Source of the DNA: Dudresnaya verticillata
Lineage: Eukaryota
Direction: 5' to 3'
Length of the DNA: 64,000 nt
Assembly (NCBI GenBank): GCA_977862235.1
Contig: OZ374564.1
Location: forward strand, 1,550,001 to 1,614,000
The position numbers and the translations under genes were made by a program. The notes beneath the pieces are model-generated. The model was not told the DNA's origin and did no database searches. It was given only the letters and a program-made list of their open reading frames with translations. Below, one piece after another: positions 47,445 through 58,748 of the stretch; within the stretch, counting starts at the first letter, position 1; each line of letters starts with the position of its first letter.

Positions 47445-50195
47445 TGTGGTGCAAACATTTGAAGACGGTATACCGCCGAGCAGTTCGGGGCTCGGTGGGT
47501 AGCTGCGCCCGTGGCGGTGAGTAGCCTCGCCTTGGGCGGCTTGTGGTAGAGCAGAGGATACGCCTTGGGCGGACTGTAAACGCCCGAGGCGGAAAGGAAG
47601 GGAAAAGCGAACAGAAAGGAAACAAGTCAAGGACGGTGATAGACGTGGAAGCACGGGAGGTAGACGTTTGAGCCGTAGGCAGCGGTAGGATACGCGCGTG
47701 CGGAACCGGGAAGTCTGGACCAAGGCCGGCTTGCCCGGGCGTTTACTGCTACGTCTGGGACGGCTTACCTAAGTATAGTACGGCGGTGCCGCGGCGGCGG
47801 TGCGTGTGCGTAGCGCGGGAACTCGGGACACGTGTCGTCCCGAGGCGCGTCTGACAGATCACCCATCGCATGCAGCCGCGCACCTGACAGGTTGCCGTGC
47901 AACCCCCTGTGTGGGTACTTACACACACACGTGGACGCGTGTGCCTTACAGCTGTACGCGCGCGTGTACTGTAGAGCGTGCGCCTTGGATCTAATCCGAT
48001 ACTTGTCCGATCCCGATCCCATCCGGATCGGGCCAGCAATGCGAACACCCGCAGCCTTACAGACGCGTATCTTACAGCTCAGGCGATCCAGATAGCCAAT
48101 CTGGATACCGGATCCGGATCCCATCTGGATCCATATTACAGTGCCCCGGGGCGCCATGTCGGCCCATCACCGTACAGTGCCCGCGTGGCGCGCGGCGCGC
48201 AGTGTGTGCGCGCGCCCCAGTGAGCCGTCGATGACGTGTTCGCGGGCCAACGGCGGTGGTGAGCGCCGGTGGCGGTTTCTCCGTCGGTCGACGTATTTGT
48301 TGCTGCCCCGACATCACCGCCTGTGGCGCATAACGATCTCCGTCATTGACGTCTATCGGATATCCCTCGCCTGGGGCGTCGCAACTTAATCGTCATCGAC
48401 GTCGTTTGCCATTGGCATCGCCAGTGGCGCAGCAGCTGAACGTCGTTGACGTGGGTTTCTTTTCCTCGCCTGAGCCGTTACATCAGTAATCGTCTTCGAC
48501 GCACGCTTCTTGAAGCTTTCGCCCGTGGCGCAGGACACGAGTCGTCTTTGACGTTTGTACAGACATCGCCGACGACGCGAACATATTCTCGTCGTTGACG
48601 TCATGCCGATGCATGCAGGTGGCGGAGCCCTCGGCCGCGCCGGTGTACGCTTCGCCGGTCGACTTCGTCGGGAAGAACCATCGCGATCAGCCGCACTTCT
48701 TCGCGCGGGCCCCCTGGTTTGACCAGGAGGCTTTGCGCGAGGAGGAACTGGTCGCTCATTGCGCTACTAGCGGTTTCTTGCCGGAGGGTCTGCCCCTTGG
48801 CGTCGTCTGGACATTGTAATGGAAGTTGCGCTGTGCCGTTCCTGCGGAATGGATTTGGGTGCGAGCGGGACAATCGCGTGCGGACGTCCACGCGCAGTTC
48901 GTCTCAGACGTGTATCGTCGTTTCACGCGTTATCCGGGGACGATGTTAACGCCGCCCCTGTTCAATTGTGATGCGGGGCAATACCGCACAGCCGGCGAAG
49001 CCGAATATGGTGGTCGTCTCGGGACGCTATCGCTCAAACATGTGAGCGTGTCGATTGAGCCCCGTGTGTTGGGAGAGGCTTACCTATTAGGCGTACGCTT
49101 GAAAGCGGATTTCCGTTACTTGCATCTTACGGGTACGTTCTTTTGGGAGCGTTGTATCCGGTGGGAGTGCGAGACGCGTCGCCGAAAGGGCGTATTCGTA
49201 CATTACCAGGACATGCAGGTCGATCGCATTGAGCGTAGTAAGTTACCCTTCTGTTTCGTGAAGGTACCGCCTGTATGGCGAGAGTTTGAGATATGCGAGG
49301 GTTTCGCCTTAGAGCTCCCTCCGTGTGTCTTGGTTCCGAGCTGTTGACCGACCCGTATTCCAGGTATTGGATCGTGTTTTACACGGAGTGGGTCGCCAAC
49401 GTGGCGTATGCGTGGTTATGGGAGGTGTATGACACCTTCCGTATGTACCATCTACCCCAGCGTGGGGTGGCCCAGCTTGGTAGCCTCGACTTGGTCGAAA
49501 TATTTGGCGGTTCCCGGAACGCCGAGGAGTTCTGGAACCTGCGCGCTGTTGCGGATGAGATCGATTGGAACGACCCGGTGATGGTGCCGTATGCGAACAA
49601 CCGCCGTAAGCCGAACCGTCCGCGATTCGCGATGAGTCGTACTCACTCCGCCTGTGGCGATTGGATCCATTATAATCCATGGAATAAGCGTCGTACGACG
49701 AGGAACGTGCGGAGCGCCATCGCAAAACGGACCGCTTCGCCCTGGATAATCACCCGCGTGGTTTGCGTAAGAGCTGCGACTTTGTCGGTGATTTCCTCCG
49801 CATTTGAGTGCCTTAATGGCCGAGGAGGATGCGCTTAACGCCGATGGCGAACCGGGGAACCCGTCTGGGACGGATATCGCTACGCCTATGGCGGTTGAGT
49901 CGTCTGGCGAGACTGCACCCACGCCATCGGCTTTGCCCGGAGGTTCTGTCGGATACCGGATCCGGATCCCATCTGGATCCGTGTTACAGTGCCCCGGGGC
50001 GCCATGTTGGCCCATCACCGTACAGTGCCCGCGTGGCGCGTGGCGCGCAGTGTGCGCGCGCGCCCCAGTGAGCCGTCGATGATGTGTTCGCGGGCCAACG
50101 GCGGTGGTGAGCGCCGGTGGCGGTTTCTCCGTCGGTCGACGTATTTGTTACTGCCCGCTTTCAGGGAAAAAGGGCTCACCTCCCCTTGCACCACA
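47445..50195 (-). mobile_element. Internally deleted LTR retrotransposon (two partial LTRs around a 1.65-kb internal remnant)
   Basis: TGTGGTGCAA...TTGCACCACA. TSD GGTCG at 47440-47444 and 50196-50200. A ~200-bp direct repeat at about 48104-48307 and 49950-50155 is the overlap of the two LTRs. Confidence 0.85.
48604..49760 (+). pseudogene. Remnant of an antisense accessory ORF, homologous to 56452-58365
   Basis: VPPVWREFEI..LELPPCV, YTEWVANVAYAWLWEVY, YHLP and LRAVADEIDW parallel APDWWAEYEV..VPTPTVV, RSEWAMLVLFSWLQVTY, FKLP and LFAVHADTNW. Confidence 0.6.
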
Positions 50196-50976
50196 GGTCG
50201 CCCAGTACAGGCCCGGAAATGGTACGACAAGTACTCTACGAAATACCGGGTCGCAAACTCTATATTTCCCTCAGTTGGTCGGCGGCGAGTCTTTACCGTG
50301 CGTCCGCACCCCCCTTTCGGGTCATCAGGGCTCGCCTCCTTTCAAGTCTCTACCAAACCTCCTTCGAGCCACAACCCATTAGCATGTGATATCGGACAGC
50401 CGTCTTTTCTGTTCTTTTCTGTTCCTGGCTGGTGCCATACTGCTACATCTTTCTAGGGCTTTAAGCCCTATCAAGTCTCTACCACCCCTTTACAGAGCTA
50501 CCATCTACGCAGTGGAATACCAATTCTAAGACAGCTGCCTTGCTGTGTTGTTGTCCTTTTTGACTTTGAAGTCATTCTACTACAGTCTGGGGAATCTCTG
50601 GAAAGAGAGAGGCATACCGGCAAGCAGCTGGAGCTTGCCGTCGATCTCCCCGAAATAGACGATTTGCGGCAACGGCGTCGGCGGCGGCGCGCACAGTGGA
50701 AGATGTAAGCCAAGGCTTGCAAACTGTAAGCCAGATGTAGGACACGTGTCCGACCACGTACGCATCGTGCGGGCTCCCGTTGAGGCCCCCTCGGTATCCA
50801 TATCACTTCGTTTCATCCGCACAAACACGTCACACAGGACAAAAATCCTCACAAACGCTCTCTTCGTAGTGCTGCCGTTGCGTTGCGACAAAAACGATCG
50901 AATCGCGAGGGAAGGTGGTAAACGTCACTTTACGAAAGCATAAAGCTAGAGCATCCCTACTGAATACTCGTAAGCA

Positions 50977-53691
50977 CTACATAGGAGGCAAATCTGCAGG
51001 AGTCAAGCGGCGACGATTGACGCTGACGGCGACAAACTGCGAAACAAAGGGTACAAGACGATTCAAGAGAGCATGTTTGTCAGCAAGCGGGCAAGTGCCC
51101 TTCTTTTCGGCAAGAAAGTTGGCGAAGACTTGAGCGCCAATGTCGAAGCCAGCACCGGTGCGTCCATATATATCAATGACCATCGGGTGCAGCTCGATGT
51201 CATATTGATCACAAACAGCACGGTAATGGTTACGTTTCGCTCTCTCGTGGGCAAGGATGGCCTGACCAGCAACGCGACCGGTTCTGCCCGGCAATGAATG
51301 GGGACTCACGACAGAGATATCGAACGCTTGTGCTTTAGGGGCAAAGCTGCGATCGTCCACGTAGATGTCCAGGCGAAGAGGGTCGCGGGTGGGGTCAGAT
51401 GGATCGATAAAGGGCTCTTCCAGGTGAAGTTGGACTCCATGATGAAGCGCAACTGTACGAATATGAGCAGCTAGTTTGTCCCGAAGGCCGTTGTGGCGAC
51501 GGATAGACCCTTCGCGAGCGCCACAGACTGTGGCATGGTTCCCATAGCGGTCAAGCAGAGGGATAGAGGAGCGGGTGCCAGCTGCGCAGCGAGAGAATGG
51601 GAGGTCACGACTGAACAACGGGAGACCAAGGCGAAGGCGGACCATGGTCTTCCAGATCTTAGGCTCCACGCGAAGATCACTCCCGTGAAAAGGGATAGTG
51701 CTGAATGGGCTAGCAGAGTTTGAGGTAGCAGTAGATTGAAGTCGTAGACGAGTGCGGATGTCGGCAGCATCGTAAGAGGCAGGCGTCAGGGTCGAGAGCT
51801 TATGGAGCAGAAGCCGGTTGGTTAAGTCGTGTTGTAGAGCGTACGTGGGCTGGAAGGCAGTGGATAAACCCCGAGCCAGTAGCGAGTCCATGGAATAGGG
51901 TGCGGTAGATGGGGAGAGGAATAAAATGCTCTGTACGCGTCGTAAAGGAGCAGAGAGGATAGTACGAGCGCTAAAACCGGAAACGCCGAGTAGAGCAGTG
52001 ATCGTCTGCAAGCAGGCAAGAACGGAACTGAGAAAGGCAATATCCGGCAACCATGAAGTATGCGTGAGACCCAAACCACCTTGGCGTAGCTGGAGACCGG
52101 CCAATTCCCAAGCACTGGTGGTCAGAGCCCCATACGTTTCCTCGAAAACCCCTCGCATGTTGTTGTCGTGGTGACACGCAGCAACGCGGGTAAATTGCGG
52201 TGGGGTTGTTCGAAGGAGATACACGAGCTTACTAGCACCAGAGCAGTAACGAAGGAGGTGAAACACCAACTGCGGGTCTCCAAGTGCGGAGAGACGTGAA
52301 AATATATGCTGCACAGCGCTTTGGCGCTGCTGGGTAAACTGGTAAACCCGGGGCCGGTACCGACAGGGGAACCAAGAATATCAATGCATGGAGAACGGTT
52401 CAAACGACATGGAAGCGCGGTGACAACCGAGCGACGTGTGGAGAGCGGTCGGATCCACCACGCCTCGGTCTTATTCATTTGCATCCGGAAAGCACGAGGG
52501 GCTCCACGATCTTGTAAGAATGAAAGGATATCAGAAGCAACGGAAAGTGGAGCAACAATGTTGAGGTCATCAGCGTAGCAGGCAACCAAGGGAAGGTCGG
52601 GGAAGGCAGCAATAATCTGATCAAGGAGAGGTTGAAAGGCAAGGGCAAAGAGTAGCATCCTGAGCGGATCCCCTTGTTGGGTTCCGGTGCGACTCCAGAT
52701 AGTGTAGGCCCCGAACAGTAAAAGGGGGTCGCTGGAGAAAAGATAGTGCACAAACTTGGCGAGGCGCGGAACATACTGAATAACCTGATGAAGCAAGTGG
52801 GCACGGTCGATTGTGTTGAAGGCATTGCTGCATCGATACGCAAAAGAACGACGTCTTCAGATGCTTTGTTGTCCACCATCGTGCGGGTAGCGTGAACCAA
52901 GGCCTCACATCCGTTGGGGACACCAACAGCAAGCTGGTGAGGACGGAGGTAGTTTAAGATGCTGGCGTCTTGAGAAGCGCGTTGGTTAAGAAGGCGACAG
53001 ACGAAACGGCGGAGCACACAGCCAATGGCGATGGGGCGGAGCCTAGGGGCAGGCTTCTTGGGAAGGCCGATAAGCAGCGCACTGGAGAACCAAGGGCTCA
53101 TTTTGCGGGGGAGACCGCCACGAGCACACAGGTTAACGAAGTCCGTTAGGGCAGTGAGAGAGGAACGGGCAGGCTCCGAACCGCCTGGAGCATGTGCAAG
53201 GTGGCGGAGAATGGAAGGGCGTAAACCATCAGGACCCGGAGCGCTGTGGAATGGTAGCTTCTTGAGGGCGCGCCGAACATCCGCCTCCGTAAAATCATAG
53301 GAAGGAGGTAGAGAATCGTTTGTGGCAGAATGGACAGGAGTGAGCGGCGGAGGGTGGAGAGCCTCGAGATGGTGGTAGGTAGCCGGCGTAGGGAGAACAG
53401 GGGTTGTACCACTGCAGAGAGCAGCGACAGCCTTGGATACTGCGCCATCGGCAATCAGTTGACGACATCGGCGAGTAGAATCGAGTTCCGAGGATAAAGG
53501 GGAGGAGAAACGGGGTAGCGTTTCGAACGCGCAGGTAGCGGAATCATATAGCTGCAGCCATTTGCCGCGGATGGCGAGCTGCAGTCGTTTGCGTAGAAGA
53601 CGCGTGCAGGTGGCGCGGTTGCGAGAGCGAGGCTCGCCCCGCCCGTTGCGACGCAGGACAAGTTTTCCAACCGCACATCTGCGTGCAAGAC
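50977..53691 (-). mobile_element. CRE-clade non-LTR retrotransposon ORF (RT + zinc knuckle + restriction-like endonuclease), two frameshifts
   Basis: APGPDGLR; LRPIAIG; QLAVGVPNGCE; GTQQGDPL; YADD; RLRLG; C..DRYGNHATVC; RRHNGLRD; RLDI..FDISVVSP; ERAKRNHY. Confidence 0.9.
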
Positions 53692-54465
53692 TGTAGTATA
53701 GACGTCGGGTCGGTCCGACGTCTGATACTTGCTGGTCCGAAGCCGCCACACAGACCCGTCGATGGGTAGCTGTTGGGGTTGGTAGAGCGGTGTCGGCCGC
53801 GTGCGCCCCGCAGGTGCGGATCAACGGCGTCGATGCCGGAGCGCGCACGGGGCGTACCGTACGCGGGTAGGCAGCGGCCGGATCCCAGCATCCCTGTCGA
53901 AGGGCGGCACGAAGCCGACGGAAAGGAAAAGGAAAGGGGAAAGCCTAGCGAGGCAAGGGGAAAAAGGGAAACCGCCCGCTGGCGTAAGGCAAAGGGATCG
54001 AACCCGAAAAGGCTGGGGGCAAGCTTCAGCGCGAGCTGTTGCTTGCCCGGTTTACTGAGCCGTCGATGGCCGACGGTCTTAAATACCCTACACTATGTGC
54101 ACTACCACTACTTCTACAGTAGGTGCGCCCCACAACACCAACGCGGGAGGTGTGCGAGCGCGCGCCCATACACCTGTCGACACGTCCGGGTAACGGTTAC
54201 CCGTGGGCGCGCGCGGGGCGTAACGGGCAGCGGCCCTCTCAACGGCTCGATGCCGGAGAGCGTCACAGGGGCGTGCCGTGTGCGGCACGGCGCGCGGCCG
54301 CTGCCGGCAGGAATGCGGTCGACCGCTACTAATTCAACGAAAAAACTAAGGGCACGCTGCCCAACCACGACTCGCCAGCGGGCGTCATCGTGTGAACCAT
54401 TGCAGTGCGGCGCTGCCAGCATACCTTACAGCCGCTGCTGATAGTGTGCTGACAGCTATACTACA
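53692..54465 (-). mobile_element. Solo LTR inserted in the CRE element
   Basis: TGTAGTATAG...CTATACTACA. TSD AAGAC at 53687-53691 and 54466-54470. Confidence 0.92.
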
Positions 54466-54828
54466 AAGACGCTCCACTTTTTCGCTATCAGTACGTGCAC
54501 GACAGAAAGAAGAGTACAGATGATTGTAGTGCCAGGGGGGTCCCCCGTTTTCGCTTTCAAGCGAGTTGGTATTCGGCGTCTACCGACGGACGACCGCCAA
54601 CGGCGCGCTCAACCCGCCCGCGGCGCAAAAACGTCACCGACGCATGCCGCTGGCCACTTGGGCCAGAACGGCTCGCTGGGCGTGCAGACCGCACGCCTGA
54701 ACCCCGCCACTGTACGGCGCCACGCGTACGCGCATGGCGCAGTGGCGGGAACGTTCGCTGTAAGCGTGGCCCGAATCCGGATCCAATCGGGATCCCACAT
54801 CGGGATCCCACATCGGGATTAAGGGATG

Positions 54829-55503
54829 TGTGGTGAAGTGAAAGGCACACCTGTAAGGAGAGCTGATCAGGCAATCCCAATGAGGAGTGATCTCACACGG
54901 CACCGGGGTGGTAGAGCTTAGTTCGTAGACCGAAGGGAGTACCTCGAGCGGCAACACCTGTAAGGAGTAAAGGGACGCAACAGACAAGGGGGACGGTACA
55001 GTGCCAGGGCAGCTACACCGGGACGGAGGTAGGAGGAATCCGTGCACGGGGCTGGCGAGGGGAAACCGTAAAGGAGTATGAGGGTAAGGCTTAGGGTAAG
55101 TCACTTTGCCCAGGGTTGCGTACCCGTTTACTGTAGGACTCGCGGTGGCCACCCATTAATATACTGGGAGATACGCCCCGCGGTCCGGTCCGTGTGGGCC
55201 AGACCCCAATGGGTCTGGTCCACCAGGTGGGTCCGGCCCTACTGGTCCCGGTCACCGTTGCAGACATGCTCGGCATTCTCATTGGCCGGCTGACACTTCG
55301 TACTGTACAGCATGATTATAATTACCTAATTACAAATAAATCAACTACTTGACTCCTATTGGTGGTGCGCGCAGACTCCAGCAAGGCGTACAGTGCTACT
55401 GTGTCGCTGCACTCCGTTTCGGCTTTTGGCGCCAGCTCACCACTGCGCCGGGCGCTGGTCGGCTCAACCGTCGTCCGCACTCCGAAACGGCCGCTTCACC
55501 ACA
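54829..55503 (-). mobile_element. 3' LTR of a Ty3/gypsy element
   Basis: TGTGGTGAAG...CTTCACCACA. Adjacent polypurine tract on the minus strand (AAGGAGGGGGGTC, 55504-55516). Confidence 0.92.
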
Positions 55504-55518
55504 GACCCCCCTCCTTAA

Positions 55519-58365
55519 ATGGCGCCACGTCCTCGTGCGCCTCGGCACGTCTTCTACAAATCCACTCAGGTGTACGCAACAGCCGAGCAAACCTCATCGG
55601 TGAACTCCACTTCGGGCAAGTCGACCAACGTGCAAGTCCAACCCGGTGTGCCGCTAGCGATGGCGGGCGGCAACACTAACCGCGCACGGAGCCCCTTTCA
55701 ACCGACACGGTGTACACCCTTGGTGGGGGCGGCTCCTGCGCCGGAGGCAGAAGAGGGAGAAGGCGGCGGACCTGCGGACACCATATCAGGAGTTGTGGCG
55801 GCGGCGAGCACAACGCCAATGCTGCCAGCCCGCGCGGGTAGCCCGAGGGTGCCGCGACGGCGCGATGACGGAGTAGCTCGACAGGCGCCCACTCCGCTTC
55901 CGGATCGACAAGTGGGGCCGGGGGCACAAGGACCCGGTCCTTCAAAGGGTAACACAGAGATGGAGCTTGGGGGATATCGTCGCGCAACTCAGCACGGGCG
56001 GTATGAGACGTACGCGCAGGGTCTCCAGGTTGGTCAGGTCGGAGGTGGAGTAACCTCACCCCCACTCCACTTGGGTGTCGGCGGCGGACCGTCGGGTTCA
56101 CTGCCATACACGCCGGGGACACCGACGGGGTACACCGATGAGGGGACTTGGCCAGGCCGGCAGTATGATCACCGCACCGGGCGGCGTCAGCGGACCGAGG
56201 AGGAGCGCGATATGGTGCGTCTCCCCATGCCCGTATCGGTGTTCATTTCCCACTATGGTGGCACCCTCGAGGGGCGTCGATACAGTGCTGTTACCGATGC
56301 CGGTGGGTTAATCAACAACAAGCCGTTTCCGAATCGGCGAGAGGAGATGTGGAGAGCCAGGTGGATTCACTCAAACTGCAGAGCGTGAACTCCAACCGGG
56401 TGTGACATCGTATGGCTGAGGTGTCAGGAGGAAGCAGGCTATCCCGATAAGGTGTGCCAATTGTTGGCTATGCCCCATCGACTGCGAGAGCATCCTGTTG
56501 GTGTCGAGTTCCTGTGCTACGAGAAGCCGTATGACCAAGGGGTTCACTGGTTTGCGAATCCGCGACGGTGGTCCGACGACGCAGCGAAAGAGAATCGACT
56601 CCGGTTGCGGAGTAGAGATGGAAGCCGACTCGGAAGGGCGATACTCCACACTTGGAACACCAACGAATTCTTCCAGGTGCCGCCGGGGGCACACCGTCGC
56701 TTGTATTGCACCGCTCCGGATTGGTGGGCTGAGTATGAAGTCACCCGTTGGTTGTCAGTGCCAACGCCGACGGTAGTGGCGTACTTCTCCAACCGGTTCA
56801 TTCAGCATCGCGACTGGCAAGCTGCACACCCAGGCGGAGAGAAGTCTGTCGACCATCCGCTGATGACGGTGTTGGGTCGGATACTCCGATCGGAATGGGC
56901 CATGTTAGTCCTCTTTTCCTGGTTACAGGTCACCTACCGGGGTGTAAGAGCTAATACCAAGATGACCGACTGGAGAGCGTACCCGCGGAGCAGAACGGAT
57001 CCGGAAGGGGGCGAGTGCGGACGCATATTCAAGCTACCCGGGCCGGTGGTCACCCTTATACACCAAGTTGGAGTAGACCGGTTAGTTGAGGGGACCGAAT
57101 ACCCCTTGGCGCGCGTGGAGCGTCTCTTCGCGGTTCACGCAGACACCAATTGGGAGCGGACGCCGGGGTTCGCCGGTTATCATTGGAATGACGACCGCGT
57201 GTTGTTGGTGCCACCGCTCAACCCCGGGTGTGGCATGGCCTATTTCCTATCGGAAGAAGACCCCGAGCCAGCGTGGTTAAGCGACGAGAAGATGTCAAGC
57301 TGGCACGCGATGTGCTCCCGCTCGAGGTTCGACCCCATGATGGAGGGGCCATCAAGGGCTCCGCCATCACGTGAGTGGGGTACTACATCCGGTGTGCCAT
57401 ATCAACAGGGACGCCTCGACAGTCCGCCTGCAGACGAACTTACACCGGTGGGGGTTGACGAGATTGAGAAGGGGCGCGGGGACCCAAGGGTCCTCGTGCC
57501 CAGAGAATCCCCTGGTGGAGAAGCCATAAAGGTGTGGGGCGACCGCACGACTTCATCGCCCAAGAAGACCGTAACGGAGTCTCCTCCTGTAGGAGCGGGG
57601 ATCGAGGCGCAGGGGGGCTTGTCGGGGGTGGCTGCAGCATCCACACCAATCGGGACTTCGGAGCCAGCTATCTCGCCGGCGGTCGACAAGAACACCAAGT
57701 TGGACAAGGCGGCGAATACCGTAGCGGTAGTTCGTCAGAAGCCCATGGCGGTAACTGCGGCCGCGGCTAAGTTGGGTCCCGTCGGGGAGCACGACGACTC
57801 CGAGATGGAAGAGGACGCGACACCAGTGGGAACCGACCAAGTGGAGGCACTCGCGACAACACGGCTTGGAGTAGCAGGTAAGACCCCCACACCGAAGCGG
57901 GGTGAGGTTGTCAAACCGGTGTCACCCGCATCGAGTGACTCCGTGACGTTTGTGGCCGCGGCGGGTCCAGGTGGAGGACCACCCCGTCATGTTGACCCCG
58001 TGACGGTGAAGCAAGAAGAGGGTGCCCCTAAGGAGACGGCGAATTGGACCGAAGCGGAGTTGCGCGTAGATGGGGCGGCCCTGCAGCGACTCCGCGAAGG
58101 GTGTAGAGATGCGGGTATGCCCCTTCCGGCGTCGGCGAATGAGGCCATTAACACCGCCGTGCTGTGGGTAGGGCGTCTGGGGCGCCTACGGCGTACCATT
58201 GGCGCTTTGCGTCAACGCATGGCAGAAACCGGCAGGAGACTCACCATGATTACCGCGAGGGTATATGGTGAAGATATTCCCGACTTGGAGGAGAGCGAGG
58301 CAAAAGAAGAAGATACGGAGGCTGACCTGGCGCCATCAGCGAAGCGTCCCCGAAATGCGGTGTAA
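55519..58365 (+). CDS. Antisense accessory ORF of the gypsy element (ORFs 55519-56388 and 56452-58365, probably one frameshifted gene)
   Basis: 289-aa and 637-aa ORFs fill the gap between integrase and the 3' LTR, opposite to pol. Trp-rich globular core, disordered linker, coiled coil and a terminal KRPR NLS-like motif. Confidence 0.7.
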
Positions 58366-58556
58366 GCGTAGAAATGCCACTTGTCAATAAAATCGTGTGA
58401 TTTTTTTGAGCCCCCCTTCCAATGGCGGAGGGGAAGTGGAATAACACCACTGTGGAGTGAGCTCCGAAGCGGCGGGGGTACTCTACACCCTACAAGGCTT
58501 TGCGTCAAGTGGGCGACCACCTCATACCAGAAGTGGTTGTTTGCTTGCCGCCGATT

Positions 58557-58679
58557 CACCAATATGGAGTAGAGCCCCTTGGGCAAGGGTTCTGTGGTCC
58601 TAGAGTCCAGAGGTCATGCCCATTTTGTACCAACGTCAAGCCACCAATATGGAGTAGAGCCCCTTGGGCAAGGGTTCTG
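58557..58679. repeat. 38-bp direct repeat between the antisense ORF and pol
   Basis: CACCAATATGGAGTAGAGCCCCTTGGGCAAGGGTTCTG at 58557 and 58642. Confidence 0.85.
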
Positions 58680-58748
58680 GCAACACGGAGTCCACGGGTC
58701 ATGCCCGATTTTTCCAAATCTCATACCGCGCGGGTGAGTAGCGACTGG

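Noticed and set aside
48104..50155. 200-bp direct repeats as a separate mini-element or recombination cassette
   Set aside because: They are explained as the overlapping parts of two truncated LTRs within the GGTCG-flanked element.
53692..54465. Repeat first read as the CRE 5' UTR or a ribozyme-bearing SINE
   Set aside because: All three copies have TG..CA inverted ends and 5-bp TSDs, so they are solo LTRs. The first ~50 aa of ORF 52475-53848 are LTR read-through.
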